Assembly (NCBI GenBank): GCA_963674945.2 | Contig: CAXXWQ010000003.1 | Span: 2,080,001 to 2,144,000 of the forward strand | Length of the DNA: 64,000 nucleotides | Direction of reading: 5' to 3' | Source: an uncultured Desulfosarcina sp. | Lineage (GTDB): Bacteria; Desulfobacterota; Desulfobacteria; Desulfobacterales; Desulfosarcinaceae | Part shown: positions 19,036 through 29,000 of the stretch, one piece after another | How the letters are laid out: every line of letters starts with the position of its first letter | Numbering within the stretch: position 1 is the stretch's first letter | Notes under the pieces: generated by a model | Seen by the model: the letters and a program-made list of their open reading frames with translations, nothing else | Databases searched by the model: none | What the model was told of the DNA's origin: nothing | Made by a program: the position numbers and the translations under genes

Positions 19036-20480
19036 GACGCCTCCCGGGACTTGTGAATGATGTTGACCAGGGCTACGGCCTTTTCCTCCATGTCTCCGAT
19101 CTTCTTGTCCACGGCACGGCTTAAGAGGGTCTGGGAGAGCATCAGCGGAATGGCCACGGAAAGACCCAGCATGGTGGTGACCAGTGCTTCGCTGATGCCT
19201 CCGGACATCAATCTTGGATCACCGGTGCCGTGCAGGGTGATCACGTGAAAGGTGTCGATCATGCCGGTGACCGTTCCCAAGAGGCCCAACAAGGGCGCGA
19301 TGGCGGCAAGCATCCCCAGGGTGGACAGAAACCGTTCCATGGGCGGAATTTCTCTTAGTATGGCCTCTTGCAAGGCGTTTTCCATCTCTTCGCGCTGCAT
19401 GTGGAAACATCGCAATCCGGCATCGACCACACGTGCCACCGGTTTTGTCGGATAACAGCGGCACGCTTCTTGGCACGCGTCCCAGTCGTTATCGGCGCAA
19501 AGACCTTCGATTTTTCGCATAAGGCTGTCGCTGTCCAGTTTTTTTCGTACCAGAAAGAAAACTCGTTCCAGAACGATCAGGATGCCGACGGCGAAAATTC
19601 CGAGAATGGGCCAGACGATGGGGCCTCCGTGGGGAATCTGCTCCCAAAGTTTTAACTCATGTGTCAGCTGGCGCAGTGCCCCACCCCGGGATATGTCCAT
19701 GGGAACGACATCCGTCTGACCTTCCATGTACCGGGCCAATTGTTTTTGCATCCGATTTGATGGTAGCCGGGAGAGGGCATAGAGTTTTTTTCCGCTCGTG
19801 GAATAATTGCAAAACCCCAATTCCCGGGAACTGCGATAGACAACCGTAAACGGTCCGACGAGAAGAAGATCGGCGTTCACTTCACGCCCGGTACGATCGA
19901 CCATGGGGCCATTTTGAATTTGTACCTGTCCGGTGATATCGATCTGAGCCAACAGGCCCTGGGCAAGATTCCGGACATCGTCCATGCCGGGGAAACGGGT
20001 GTTCTGAGCAATCGATTCCGAAAAATCGACGGAAGTCGCTGAAATTGCGGTCTGTGGGTTCTGAGAGATCAAGGCGTCCACATCTTTCGCATTGACCCGG
20101 ATGGCCCCCACCAGTTCGTCGATCATGCGGTCGGTCTGCTGGAGTGTTTCGGTGAGTTGCTTTTCGTGTTCCTCCAACTTCCGGCGCTCTTCGGCCAGTT
20201 GGTCTGCCTCTTTCTTCAACCGGTCGTTGGCCGTTTCAAGGTCGGCAATGGCACGTTCCAACGTTTCTCTGGCCTGTATGATCCGGGAGCGACTCTCGGC
20301 CGCGGCTTCTTCGGCGGCCTTTTGTTCTTCGGCGGCCTTTTGGATCAACGCTTCTTTTTCTTTTTGTGCCTGCATCTGAACCGCTCGCATGTCGTTGGAC
20401 CATGCGGGCAAAACTGCTCCCATGTGAAACAACAGCAAAGGCATCAACAGTAAAAAAAGGCATTTCGGTGAAAATTTCAT
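19032..20480 (-). CDS. Long MotA/TolQ/ExbB-family protein (TtpC-like) with periplasmic coiled coil
   Basis: Signal peptide, coiled coil, C-terminal APLLGLLGTVTGMI..GISEALVTT; start set at MKFSPK. Confidence 0.88.
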   Translation of the reverse strand: MKFSPKCLFLLLMPLLLFHMGAVLPAWSNDMRAVQMQAQKEKEALIQKAAEEQKAAEEAAAESRSRIIQARETLERAIADLETANDRLKKEADQLAEERRKLEEHEKQLTETLQQTDRMIDELVGAIRVNAKDVDALISQNPQTAISATSVDFSESIAQNTRFPGMDDVRNLAQGLLAQIDITGQVQIQNGPMVDRTGREVNADLLLVGPFTVVYRSSRELGFCNYSTSGKKLYALSRLPSNRMQKQLARYMEGQTDVVPMDISRGGALRQLTHELKLWEQIPHGGPIVWPILGIFAVGILIVLERVFFLVRKKLDSDSLMRKIEGLCADNDWDACQEACRCYPTKPVARVVDAGLRCFHMQREEMENALQEAILREIPPMERFLSTLGMLAAIAPLLGLLGTVTGMIDTFHVITLHGTGDPRLMSGGISEALVTTMLGLSVAIPLMLSQTLLSRAVDKKIGDMEEKAVALVNIIHKSREAS

Positions 20481-21250
20481 GGAATCACCAGCTTTCCGAC
20501 GGGCAGGTCGAGCAGTTCTACCGGTTTTCGCTTGGCTGCCATTTCGATGGCAGAATGGATCGGTTGGTTGTGTTTCTGAGACAGAAGTTGCCACTCATTT
20601 TCTGCAACGTTGAAAAGGCCACACTTCTTTTGATCGAGGGACTGGAAGAATAGGTTGATTCGTCCAAGCCGAAAAATATCGACAAGTAGGGGCTGGCCGT
20701 CAATTTCGATGGTTTCCTGGTAGGTTTCGATGGTAAAACCGTACTCGGCTTCCACCAACAGCGCCTCCATGGCTTTTCGATACTTCTCGCTGATAGGGAC
20801 TTCGGGATCATCCGCCAGGCGGGTCAAATTTTCGACGCGCCGCTCTCTTTCTTTCATCAGAAAAGGAGGGCCTTCGATAATCAGGGCCTCGAGGCGATCG
20901 ATCAGTTCATGGACAAAGGGGCCGATCTGGTCGGAGATCTGTTCGATGTCCGCCAGTTGTTTCTCCTTGGTGGCGATGCGGGACCGGGTCGCGGCCACTT
21001 GCTCTTTGAGTTCATCGGTCTGTTGGGTGAGCCGTTTCTTTTCAGCTTCAAGCTCTTCATACCGGGCCATCAACTTCTCCTGGTCCAACCGCCATTGAAA
21101 TTCGGCCTCTTGGGTGGCCTGGCGGGTGTCGATGGCTTTTTGTACCGGCTTTTCGATGCGCCGTCGGGTTTCGCTGCCCGTAGCGGGAAGTACGGAAAAA
21201 CATAAAAGGAAAATGAGTATAGGAGAAAACCTGGACTTTTTTCTGTGCAT
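20477..21250 (-). CDS. DUF3450-family periplasmic protein
   Basis: Coiled coil, PF..ER..R, SEKYR..EA..EAEYG, RLGRI; usual first gene of TonB2-type clusters. Confidence 0.8.
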   Translation of the reverse strand: MHRKKSRFSPILIFLLCFSVLPATGSETRRRIEKPVQKAIDTRQATQEAEFQWRLDQEKLMARYEELEAEKKRLTQQTDELKEQVAATRSRIATKEKQLADIEQISDQIGPFVHELIDRLEALIIEGPPFLMKERERRVENLTRLADDPEVPISEKYRKAMEALLVEAEYGFTIETYQETIEIDGQPLLVDIFRLGRINLFFQSLDQKKCGLFNVAENEWQLLSQKHNQPIHSAIEMAAKRKPVELLDLPVGKLVIP

Positions 21251-21334
21251 GAACCGATCTCCTGTGAAGCGAGTATATATGAGAACCAAAATCCCGACAC
21301 AATTAGGGCGTTTGGGGAAAAGATACTCCTTGTC

Positions 21335-21380
21335 GAAAATAGAAAACCCGGACCGTCAAACGATCCGGGATATCCCTTTT
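21335..21380 (-). terminator. Leader terminator of riboswitch 2
   Basis: Minus strand CCCGGATCGTTTGACGGTCCGGG followed by TTTTCTATTTT. Confidence 0.65.
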
Positions 21381-21439
21381 TTACCCACAGATAGAGTACT
21401 GCAAACGATGCCGTCCACGCAATCGTTTCTTTTTTCATT

Positions 21440-21595
21440 CAGGCAGGTCTTCTGACTTTCGGATCATCCTGCACGTTGCGCCTTCCCAACCCGTTGGCCA
21501 GTGGCAAATGCAACGTTCGTCCCCGATCACAGCGGCGGGCCCATCCCCGATTTCCACGGGGTTCCCTATTCAGCTCAAAATGAGCACCTGAACTT
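21440..21595 (-). promoter_or_regulatory. Cobalamin riboswitch 2
   Basis: Minus strand GGTGC..AATAGGGAACCCCGTGGAAATCGGGGA..CCCGCCGCTGTG..GCCACTG..GGGAAGGC..AGTCAGAAGACCTGCC. Confidence 0.93.
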
Positions 21596-21835
21596 TCGCA
21601 GATTGAAATTTTTGCCAATATTAAAAAAAAAAACGAAATAGTCAAGTAAAAATAATCTCGATGATTACCAACGGCGCAGCCGGTGTCCGTTTCCTATATT
21701 CATCACCTTTTCGCTGCATTTTATCGTTTCCATCCGAGGTGTTGTGAGGAATTGAAAATCGATTTGTTATGATTTTTGACTCGAAAAAAAAACTTGACAA
21801 AAATCTTGTTACGGTATTTTCTTGCGCAAAATATT

Positions 21836-22030
21836 CTGGGTGCTTCCAAGATTGCCTGACCGTTGAGGCGAAGATATTTTTGGAGCGAAAATAGGGAACT
21901 CCGTGGAAATCGGAGACGGGCCCGCCGCTGTAAACGGGGACGAAAGCCGCATAACCACCACTGACGAGCAGCACTCGTCGGGAAGGTGTGGCCGGTAGGT
22001 TGATCCGTAAGTCAGAAGACCTGCCCAGAG
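21836..22030 (+). promoter_or_regulatory. Cobalamin riboswitch 3
   Basis: GGTGC..AATAGGGAACTCCGTGGAAATCGGAGACGGGCCCGCCGCTGTAA..CCACTG..GGGAAGG..AGTCAGAAGACCTGCC. Confidence 0.93.
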
Positions 22031-22093
22031 GAAAACGAGATCTGAACGCACGGATGGTTGTGCTCGACTCGACATAGATCACTGTGGAGAAAA

Positions 22094-22145
22094 AGGGACA
22101 TCCCTGGATCGTAAAGAAATAGACGGTTCAGGGATTTTGCTTTTT
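22094..22145 (+). terminator. Leader terminator of riboswitch 3
   Basis: ATCCCTGGATCGT..ACGGTTCAGGGAT followed by TTTGCTTTTT. Confidence 0.6.
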
Positions 22146-22160
22146 GGGGGAGAGAGAGGA

Positions 22161-24209
22161 ATGAAAATTCGGCTCGTGTCTTTGATTATGGTGTCCATTT
22201 TGATCGCCTTCGTTCAAAACGGGGGTGCTCAGGAGGAGCGAGACCCGGCGATGATGCTGGATGCCGTAGTGGTCACTTCGACAAGGGTCGATGATGATTT
22301 TCGAACCGGCGATGTGGACCAAGAGACCACGACGGTGATGACCACCACCATCGAACGAGCGCAATTCGAGGGAAAGATTGAAAACATCGCCGAGGTTATC
22401 GAGAAGGAGGTGGGGGTTCAGGTGCGACAGTCCGGTGGACTCGGCTCCTTCTCATCCGTATCCCTGCGCGGTTCATCCAGCGATCAGGTGATGGTTTTCA
22501 TGGACGGCATCCCATTAAACGACGCCTCCGGAGGCGGGGTAGACCTGAGTACTATCTCCCTGTCCGACGTGGCCGCCATCGAAATCTACCGGGGTGCCAC
22601 CCCCATCAATTTTGGCAGTTCCAGTATCGGCGGCGTCGTTAACATTCGTACCTTGCGATCGCAAAAGGGATTGAATACAAGCCTTTCTGGAGGATATGGC
22701 TATTTCAATACATGGAAAGCCAACGGATTTATCAACCACAAGCCCGGCCGATTCGATTATCTCGTTTCCGCCGATTACCTTTCCTCGGATAACGATTTCG
22801 ACATTTTAAACGACAATGGAACCGAGTGGAATCCGGACGACGATCGCTGGGAGAAACGAAACAATGCCCAGGTCGATCAGGCTAACGTGCTGGCAAAAGC
22901 CGGTTATGACCTTTCGGAGAATCTGCGGCTGGATCTGATGAATCAGACCTTCAGCAAGGAGCAGGGACTACCCAGCTGGAACAACAGCCCTTCTACCCAA
23001 TCCACGCTGGATACATTCCGAAACATCACCACATTGCGAATTACGGCAGACGATCTCACCGCTGCCCGTATCAACACGGGGACACAACTGGCGTATTCCA
23101 TCAAAGAAGAGGAGTACGACGACCGGGGTGGACACATCGGTCTGGCGGAACAGCACACCACTTATACCACCAACCGGTATAACCTCGATCTTTTTGCCCA
23201 GTGGACGGGAGCGTGGCAGGACCTCATCGGCACCATCAACCTGCTTCATGAAGACTACGAAGCAGAAGATCACCTGGAGAAATCGAATCCGGGGGATAGT
23301 CAAAGGGACTCTCTTTCCTTCGGCCTGCAGGACTGTTTTTTCTTCTTCAACGATTCAATGATTGTTACGCCGGCTGCCCGCTATACATGGATCGAAGATG
23401 AACTCGGTGCAGATGTCAGCACCTGGGGGACCACCCTGGATGAGCAAAGCCGGAGCGATACCAACTTCACGCCCCAGATCGGAGTCGTTTACGGTCCCTT
23501 TACGTGGCTCAAGTTCAAATCCAACCTGGCCAAGTATGTCCGTCAACCCTCCTTTTACGAATTGTTCGGGGATAGAGGGCTGTTTTTGGGGAATCCGGAC
23601 CTGAAAGAAGAAAAAGGGGTCAATTTCGATTTCGGTGCCGAGTGCCAGTGGCGCTCTCCTGAAAAATGGCTTCAACGCCTTCGTTTGGGTGCCGCTTATT
23701 TCTGTACCGATGCAGATGACCTGATCACTCGAAGTTATGATGCGCGTGGGGTAGGAAAATCCGTTAACATTTCCGGTGCCCTAATCCAAGGGATCGAACT
23801 CAATGGCACTGTAGAATTTCTGGATCACTTTCGTGCAGTTGCCAATTTTACCTACCAGGATCCCGAAAATCAAAGTGAAGTCAAGGCATTCGATGGAAAA
23901 CGACTCTCAGGTCGTTTCGAGACTGCCTTTCTCGGACGCCTGGAGGCATTCTACGCCGGCTTTCGCATTTACGGCGAGTATACCGGAGAGACCGGCATAT
24001 ACTACGATACGGCCAACCTCTTGCCTGCCCCCGACAAAGAAGAGATCAACGCCGGCATTTCCTATTCGGTGGGCACATGGCAGTTTCAATTGGAAGGCAG
24101 GAACCTGACCGATGAACTGTACGAGGATTTCAACGGTTATCCACTTCCCGGAAGATCTTTTTATGCATCCGTCAAATACAATTTTTCAACCCAAGAAGCG
24201 GAAAAGTGA
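22161..24209 (+). CDS. TonB-dependent receptor (BtuB-like)
   Basis: TonB box DAVVVTSTR, SLRGSSSDQVMVFMDGIPLN, IEIYRG, GNPDLKEE, NLTDELY..PGRSF; directly behind a B12 riboswitch. Confidence 0.92.
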   Translation: MKIRLVSLIMVSILIAFVQNGGAQEERDPAMMLDAVVVTSTRVDDDFRTGDVDQETTTVMTTTIERAQFEGKIENIAEVIEKEVGVQVRQSGGLGSFSSVSLRGSSSDQVMVFMDGIPLNDASGGGVDLSTISLSDVAAIEIYRGATPINFGSSSIGGVVNIRTLRSQKGLNTSLSGGYGYFNTWKANGFINHKPGRFDYLVSADYLSSDNDFDILNDNGTEWNPDDDRWEKRNNAQVDQANVLAKAGYDLSENLRLDLMNQTFSKEQGLPSWNNSPSTQSTLDTFRNITTLRITADDLTAARINTGTQLAYSIKEEEYDDRGGHIGLAEQHTTYTTNRYNLDLFAQWTGAWQDLIGTINLLHEDYEAEDHLEKSNPGDSQRDSLSFGLQDCFFFFNDSMIVTPAARYTWIEDELGADVSTWGTTLDEQSRSDTNFTPQIGVVYGPFTWLKFKSNLAKYVRQPSFYELFGDRGLFLGNPDLKEEKGVNFDFGAECQWRSPEKWLQRLRLGAAYFCTDADDLITRSYDARGVGKSVNISGALIQGIELNGTVEFLDHFRAVANFTYQDPENQSEVKAFDGKRLSGRFETAFLGRLEAFYAGFRIYGEYTGETGIYYDTANLLPAPDKEEINAGISYSVGTWQFQLEGRNLTDELYEDFNGYPLPGRSFYASVKYNFSTQEAEK

Positions 24210-25546
24210 AGGAGGGGATTATGTTTTCGAAATGGAATAGCGTTGCAGCGTCATGTGGGCGAGTTGGAATGTTGGTCTTGATGCTCAGTCTTTGTATTCC
24301 CGCATCGGCTTTGTCTCAAGTGGCAATCGTGGCCACGTCGGCTTCGGACTATACAAGTGGGGCACACGCCCTTGTAACCGTTGATCCTGTGGGTGGGCCG
24401 AGAACGATTCAGGACAATCTTCTTCCTACCATTTCAGACATCGGGGTAGCCGCCTATGAAAATTACTTCTATCGCATCGAACGCTTCCAGGCTGACAACA
24501 TCACCAAGTTTGATGTTGCCGCTCCGAGCACGCCAATTTATCAATACAGTGTTCTTGACAGCGGAGATACGGTTACCGCAAATCCCCATGCCATGATTTT
24601 TGTGAATGATCAGAAGGCATACGTGCTACGTTATGGCAAGACCAAGGCCTGGATTGTGAATCCCTCGGCAGCGTCTGCGGCAGACTTCAAGACCGGTGAA
24701 CTGGATCTGAGCGCCTATGCCGATTCGGACGGTATCCCGGAGATGGACAACGGAGTCATCGTCGATGGGGTATTGTACATTACCTTGCAGCGGTTGGATC
24801 GAAACGATAACTATGCGCCTTCCAACACCGCCTATGTAGCCTTGTTCGATACTGCCACCGATGCGGAGATCGATACCGGCATAACCAATACGGACGGAGT
24901 CATAGGGATTCCCCTGCCCGTGAAAAATACCAGTGCCATCCAGTATTTGGCGGAAAACGATACCATCTATGTGCAAGGAGTGGGCGATTACGGCAGCTCT
25001 TGGAGCAGCCGGGATCCAGAATATTCGGGGGGTATCGTAACCATCGATCCGGCCACATACGCCACCGCGCTTCTGGTGGATGACGGTGACGACACCGATC
25101 ACCCCTATGGAAATATATCTGGCATGATCATCGTGAGTGCCGACAAGGGGTATTTCATCGGGTATGACGGATGGGGAGACAATACCCTCTACGGCTTTTC
25201 GCCCACGACGGGAACCGTCGCCGGCAGCGTCAGCAGCGATCTGACCGGGAAAAACATCGCCGGCATGCAATCGGGTGCCTATCTGGATGAAAACGACATG
25301 CTCTGGGTGTGCAACCAGACCGATTCGCAGCTCATTATTCTCAACACTGCCGACGACACTATTGATGAGACCATCTCCACAAACCTCAACCCGCTGATGG
25401 TTGCATTTGCCAGCGAAAGCGATGATGACGACGAGGATGATGATGACAGTGATGATGGAAATAATAGCGGCAGCGTTGCTGACGACGATGATGACGGCAC
25501 CTGTTTCATCGATACTATGGGATTCTCTCCATTCATCAATGATTAA
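24206..25546 (+). CDS. Exported beta-propeller-like protein (putative BtuG-like corrinoid capture protein) with Asp-rich linker and CFI-type C-terminal motif
   Basis: Signal peptide, beta-rich repeats (NPHAMIFVNDQKAYV), poly-Asp tract then GTCFIDT; overlaps the receptor stop. Function inferred from context. Confidence 0.6.
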   Translation: MKEGIMFSKWNSVAASCGRVGMLVLMLSLCIPASALSQVAIVATSASDYTSGAHALVTVDPVGGPRTIQDNLLPTISDIGVAAYENYFYRIERFQADNITKFDVAAPSTPIYQYSVLDSGDTVTANPHAMIFVNDQKAYVLRYGKTKAWIVNPSAASAADFKTGELDLSAYADSDGIPEMDNGVIVDGVLYITLQRLDRNDNYAPSNTAYVALFDTATDAEIDTGITNTDGVIGIPLPVKNTSAIQYLAENDTIYVQGVGDYGSSWSSRDPEYSGGIVTIDPATYATALLVDDGDDTDHPYGNISGMIIVSADKGYFIGYDGWGDNTLYGFSPTTGTVAGSVSSDLTGKNIAGMQSGAYLDENDMLWVCNQTDSQLIILNTADDTIDETISTNLNPLMVAFASESDDDDEDDDDSDDGNNSGSVADDDDDGTCFIDTMGFSPFIND

Positions 25547-25634
25547 AACGAAATGCGGTTTCGCGAAAGCGGTACCAGTTTTCTCTTGACCGCCAATAAA
25601 AAATTCTCTATCCAGATAAAGTTTTACGTCAATT

Positions 25635-25880
25635 TATTCGGTGCTCGTTTGAGCTTAAAAGGGAACTCCGTTCGAATCGGAGACAGGCCCGCTGCTGTGA
25701 TCGGGGACGAAATCCGCAACTTGCCACTGTCAACGTAGTAAAGGTTGCCTCTACAGAAATAGGAAAATTGGTTCGAGATCGAGACAAAGATATCGGGCAA
25801 ATTGGCCATTTCTGTACGGGCATCTGACGGGAAGGCGCAGAGAGTAGGTAGAACCGAAAGTCAGAAGACCTGCCGAATAT
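25635..25880 (+). promoter_or_regulatory. Cobalamin riboswitch 4 (long peripheral insertion)
   Basis: GGTGC..AAAAGGGAACTCCGTTCGAATCGGAG..GCTGTG..GCCACTG..(~100 nt)..GGGAAGGC..AGTCAGAAGACCTGCC. Confidence 0.9.
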
Positions 25881-25936
25881 GAAGTACGTCTCCTTCGTGG
25901 ACGGAAGGTGAGTATACAAAGATTTTGAGGATAATA

Positions 25937-25984
25937 AGGGATATCCCCGGATCGAGCGAAAGATCGGTCCGGGGATTTTTTTTG
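25937..25984 (+). terminator. Leader terminator of riboswitch 4
   Basis: ATCCCCGGATCGAGCGAAAGATCGGTCCGGGGAT followed by a T run. Confidence 0.75.
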
Positions 25985-26050
25985 TGGATACGACAAAAAC
26001 CCGAAAAAAGATGTTCTTCGAGTACATTGACTATGATCTCTTGCTCACAA

Positions 26051-29000
26051 ATGATGATGAATCTGCAAATGCCGTCCCGTGACCGGTTTATCCCGAACCG
26101 TTTGTTTATCCGGATCAGACGATGGGCTCGGTGCCTTTTCTTCTCGTCCATCGTCCTTCTTCTGTTTTCTTACAATCCATCTTTCGCCCTGGCTGGGAAG
26201 GTGAGCATCCTGGAGATCGACATCAACAGCTACCAGGTTGCCAAGGCCATGGGACGACTGGATCTGCCGAAAGCCATCGAAACCCGATTTTTCACCATTT
26301 CCGACCTGACGGACAATCCATCGGCGAAGGCGTTTCTTGCCGACTCGAAGATCATCTTCGTTAATGTGATGCATCCGGAACTGGCCAATTATCCGGTGGA
26401 TGCGGGACTCATGGATGGACGGTACGTATACGCCCTCAATCCGGCGGGTGATCCCGAGGCCCTCGGGAAAAAGGGGTACCGGTTCGATGACGAGGTCATG
26501 GCCTATTATCGTCACCGCAGTGTCACCAACATGGTAAACATGGTGCGCATGGTCGTGGCCCGGCATATGGATCCTTCGCTACCCTATGGCTCTTTGGAAA
26601 AGACACCCGAGGTGTGCATTCACCACCCGGATGCAAAACAACTTTTCACCCGACCGTCCGACTATTGGCAGTGGAACGCCAAACGCGACGGGTTTGATCC
26701 GGATCAACCGAGGGTGGGCATCCTTTGTTATTCCGCGATGCTCAAGGAGGGGCAGGTGGAGGCGGCCGATGATTTGATCCGCCAACTGGAGGCGGCGGGT
26801 TTCGCCGTGCTGCCCTGTTTCGGATCGGCCCGGAAGATCATATCCACGTTTCTTCGCCCGGAGAACGGCCGGTCTCCGGTTGACATGGTCCTGGCCTTTT
26901 CCCTGAAATTCTCTTCGGCCATCGACGATGAGCTTCGAAAATCCCTGGTTGAACTGGATGCGCCGGTCTTCGACGTGATCCGTCCCTTCGGGGAAACCAT
27001 CGATGAGTGGAAAAAGAGCGAGGTGGGCCTGGGGCCCATGGAGACGGTCTGGGCCGTTGCCACGCCCGAGTTTTCCGGTTCCATCGAACCGAGCGTGATC
27101 ATGGGGAAGAAGCGGGTTGTGGATCCTGTTACCGGCCGGCCATTGTTCATCTACGAGACGATTCAGGAGACGGTGGGTTTTCTCATTCCCCGCCTGAAAA
27201 AGTGGGCGCAGCTGCAGAAAATGGCCAATGGGGACAAGAAGGTCGCCATCTTCTACTATAATCACAGCCAGGGAAAACAGAACATCGCCGCCGCCTACCT
27301 CAACGTATTTCGAAGCCTGGAGTCGATTTTAGGCCGCCTCGTTGCCGAAGGGTACACGGTGGACACGACCGTTCGTCTCACCGAAGAACGGCTCCAGAAA
27401 ATGGTTCTGGCAGGGGGACGCAACATCGGTTCATGGGCGCCCGGAGAACTGGATGCCATGATGGCCGAAGGAGAGGTGGAGACCGTCGACCTTGCCACCT
27501 ACAAGGCCTGGTTCGACCAGCTTCCCGAGGCGTTCACCAAACCGGTCCTGGCCCAATGGGGGCCGCCGGAAGATTGCGCCATCATGACCCGGGATAATCG
27601 GATGGTGTTTCCCATGGTCAAACTGGGAAGTATTGTGATCTTGCCTGAGCCGGCCCGGGGCTGGACCGATGATCCCATGAAACTATACCATGACAAGACC
27701 CTTTTCCCCCATCATCAATATATCGCGGCCTATCTCTGGCTTTCCCGGGTCTTTCATGCCGATGCCATGATTCATCTGGGCACCCACGCCACATATGAAT
27801 GGCTGCCGGGCAAACAGGTGGGGCTGGCGCCATGGGATCCGCCCGAAATCATGACCGGTGCCATCCCCAACATCTATCCCTACATCGTGGACGACGTGGG
27901 GGAAGGAATTCAGGCCAAACGAAGGGGTCGTGGAGTGGTCATCGACCATCTGACACCCCCCATGAAAAAAGCGGATCTGTACCACGAATACGCCAAGCTG
28001 CATGACCTGTATCACAAATACGAAATCTCTGTTGCCAACGGCAGCGAAACGGCATCCGCCTATATGGAGAAGGTACAGGCCCTCGTTCGGGAGATGGGAA
28101 TCGCCAACGACCTGGGACTCGACCGGTTGGACGAGGAAGCCATGGAGAAGGTTCATCTCTATCTTCACGAAATCGACAACAATTCCCTGCCATACGGTCT
28201 TCACACCTTCGGCAGGGCCTATGATGAAGCGGCGGCATCGGAGACCGTGGACCTGATCATCGAGCAGAATCCCGATGCGGACCCCGAAAATGTAAAAGCG
28301 GATCTTTCCCGCAGCGCAAAAGACGAGATGGACAACCTGATCCGAGGCTTGAACGGACGGTATGTGCCGGCAGGGGAGGGCAATGATCCGCTGCGGAATC
28401 TGGCGGCCCTTCCCACGGGGAGGAATTTTTACGGGTTCTCTCCTGCCAAGGTTCCTTCCAAGGCAGCCTGGACCATCGGAAAACGGGCCGCCGAACAGAT
28501 GATCCAGGAGAAGTTGGCCAAGACGGGCGACTATCCCCAAAAGGTCGGCATCGTCCTGTGGGCCACGGAAACCACCCGAAACGAGGGCGTCAACGAGAGC
28601 ACGATCCTGTACCTGATGGGTATCGAGCCGGTATGGGATGCCACGGAGAGGGTAACGGGCAGCCGGGTGATTCCCGGTGCCGTTCTCCGCCGGCCCCGCA
28701 TCGACGTGCTGATCAATCCTTCCGGACTGTACCGGGACATGTTTCCCGACAAGCTGGTTTTTCTGGACGAGGCGGTCGAAAAGGCCATGGCCCAGACCGA
28801 CATCGAAAACCTCCTGGCCAAGCACAATGCCGCCATCGAAAAACGGCTCATGGATGCCGGCATGGATGAAGCCGAGGCCAAATCCCAGAGCCGGTTTCGC
28901 ATCTTCACCGAACAGGTCGGTTCCTACGGCAACGGGGTCGCGGAAATGGCCAGTGCCTCCGGGCTATGGGAGGAAGACGATGCCGTCAGCGACGTCTATC

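Noticed and set aside
21800..21825. GTTACGGTATT (also at ~15812) as a metal-regulator operator
   Set aside because: Only two short matches, one inside a repeat array, with no convincing dyad.
25420..25497. GAT/GAC trinucleotide microsatellite
   Set aside because: Explained as the coding poly-Asp linker, with mixed codons.
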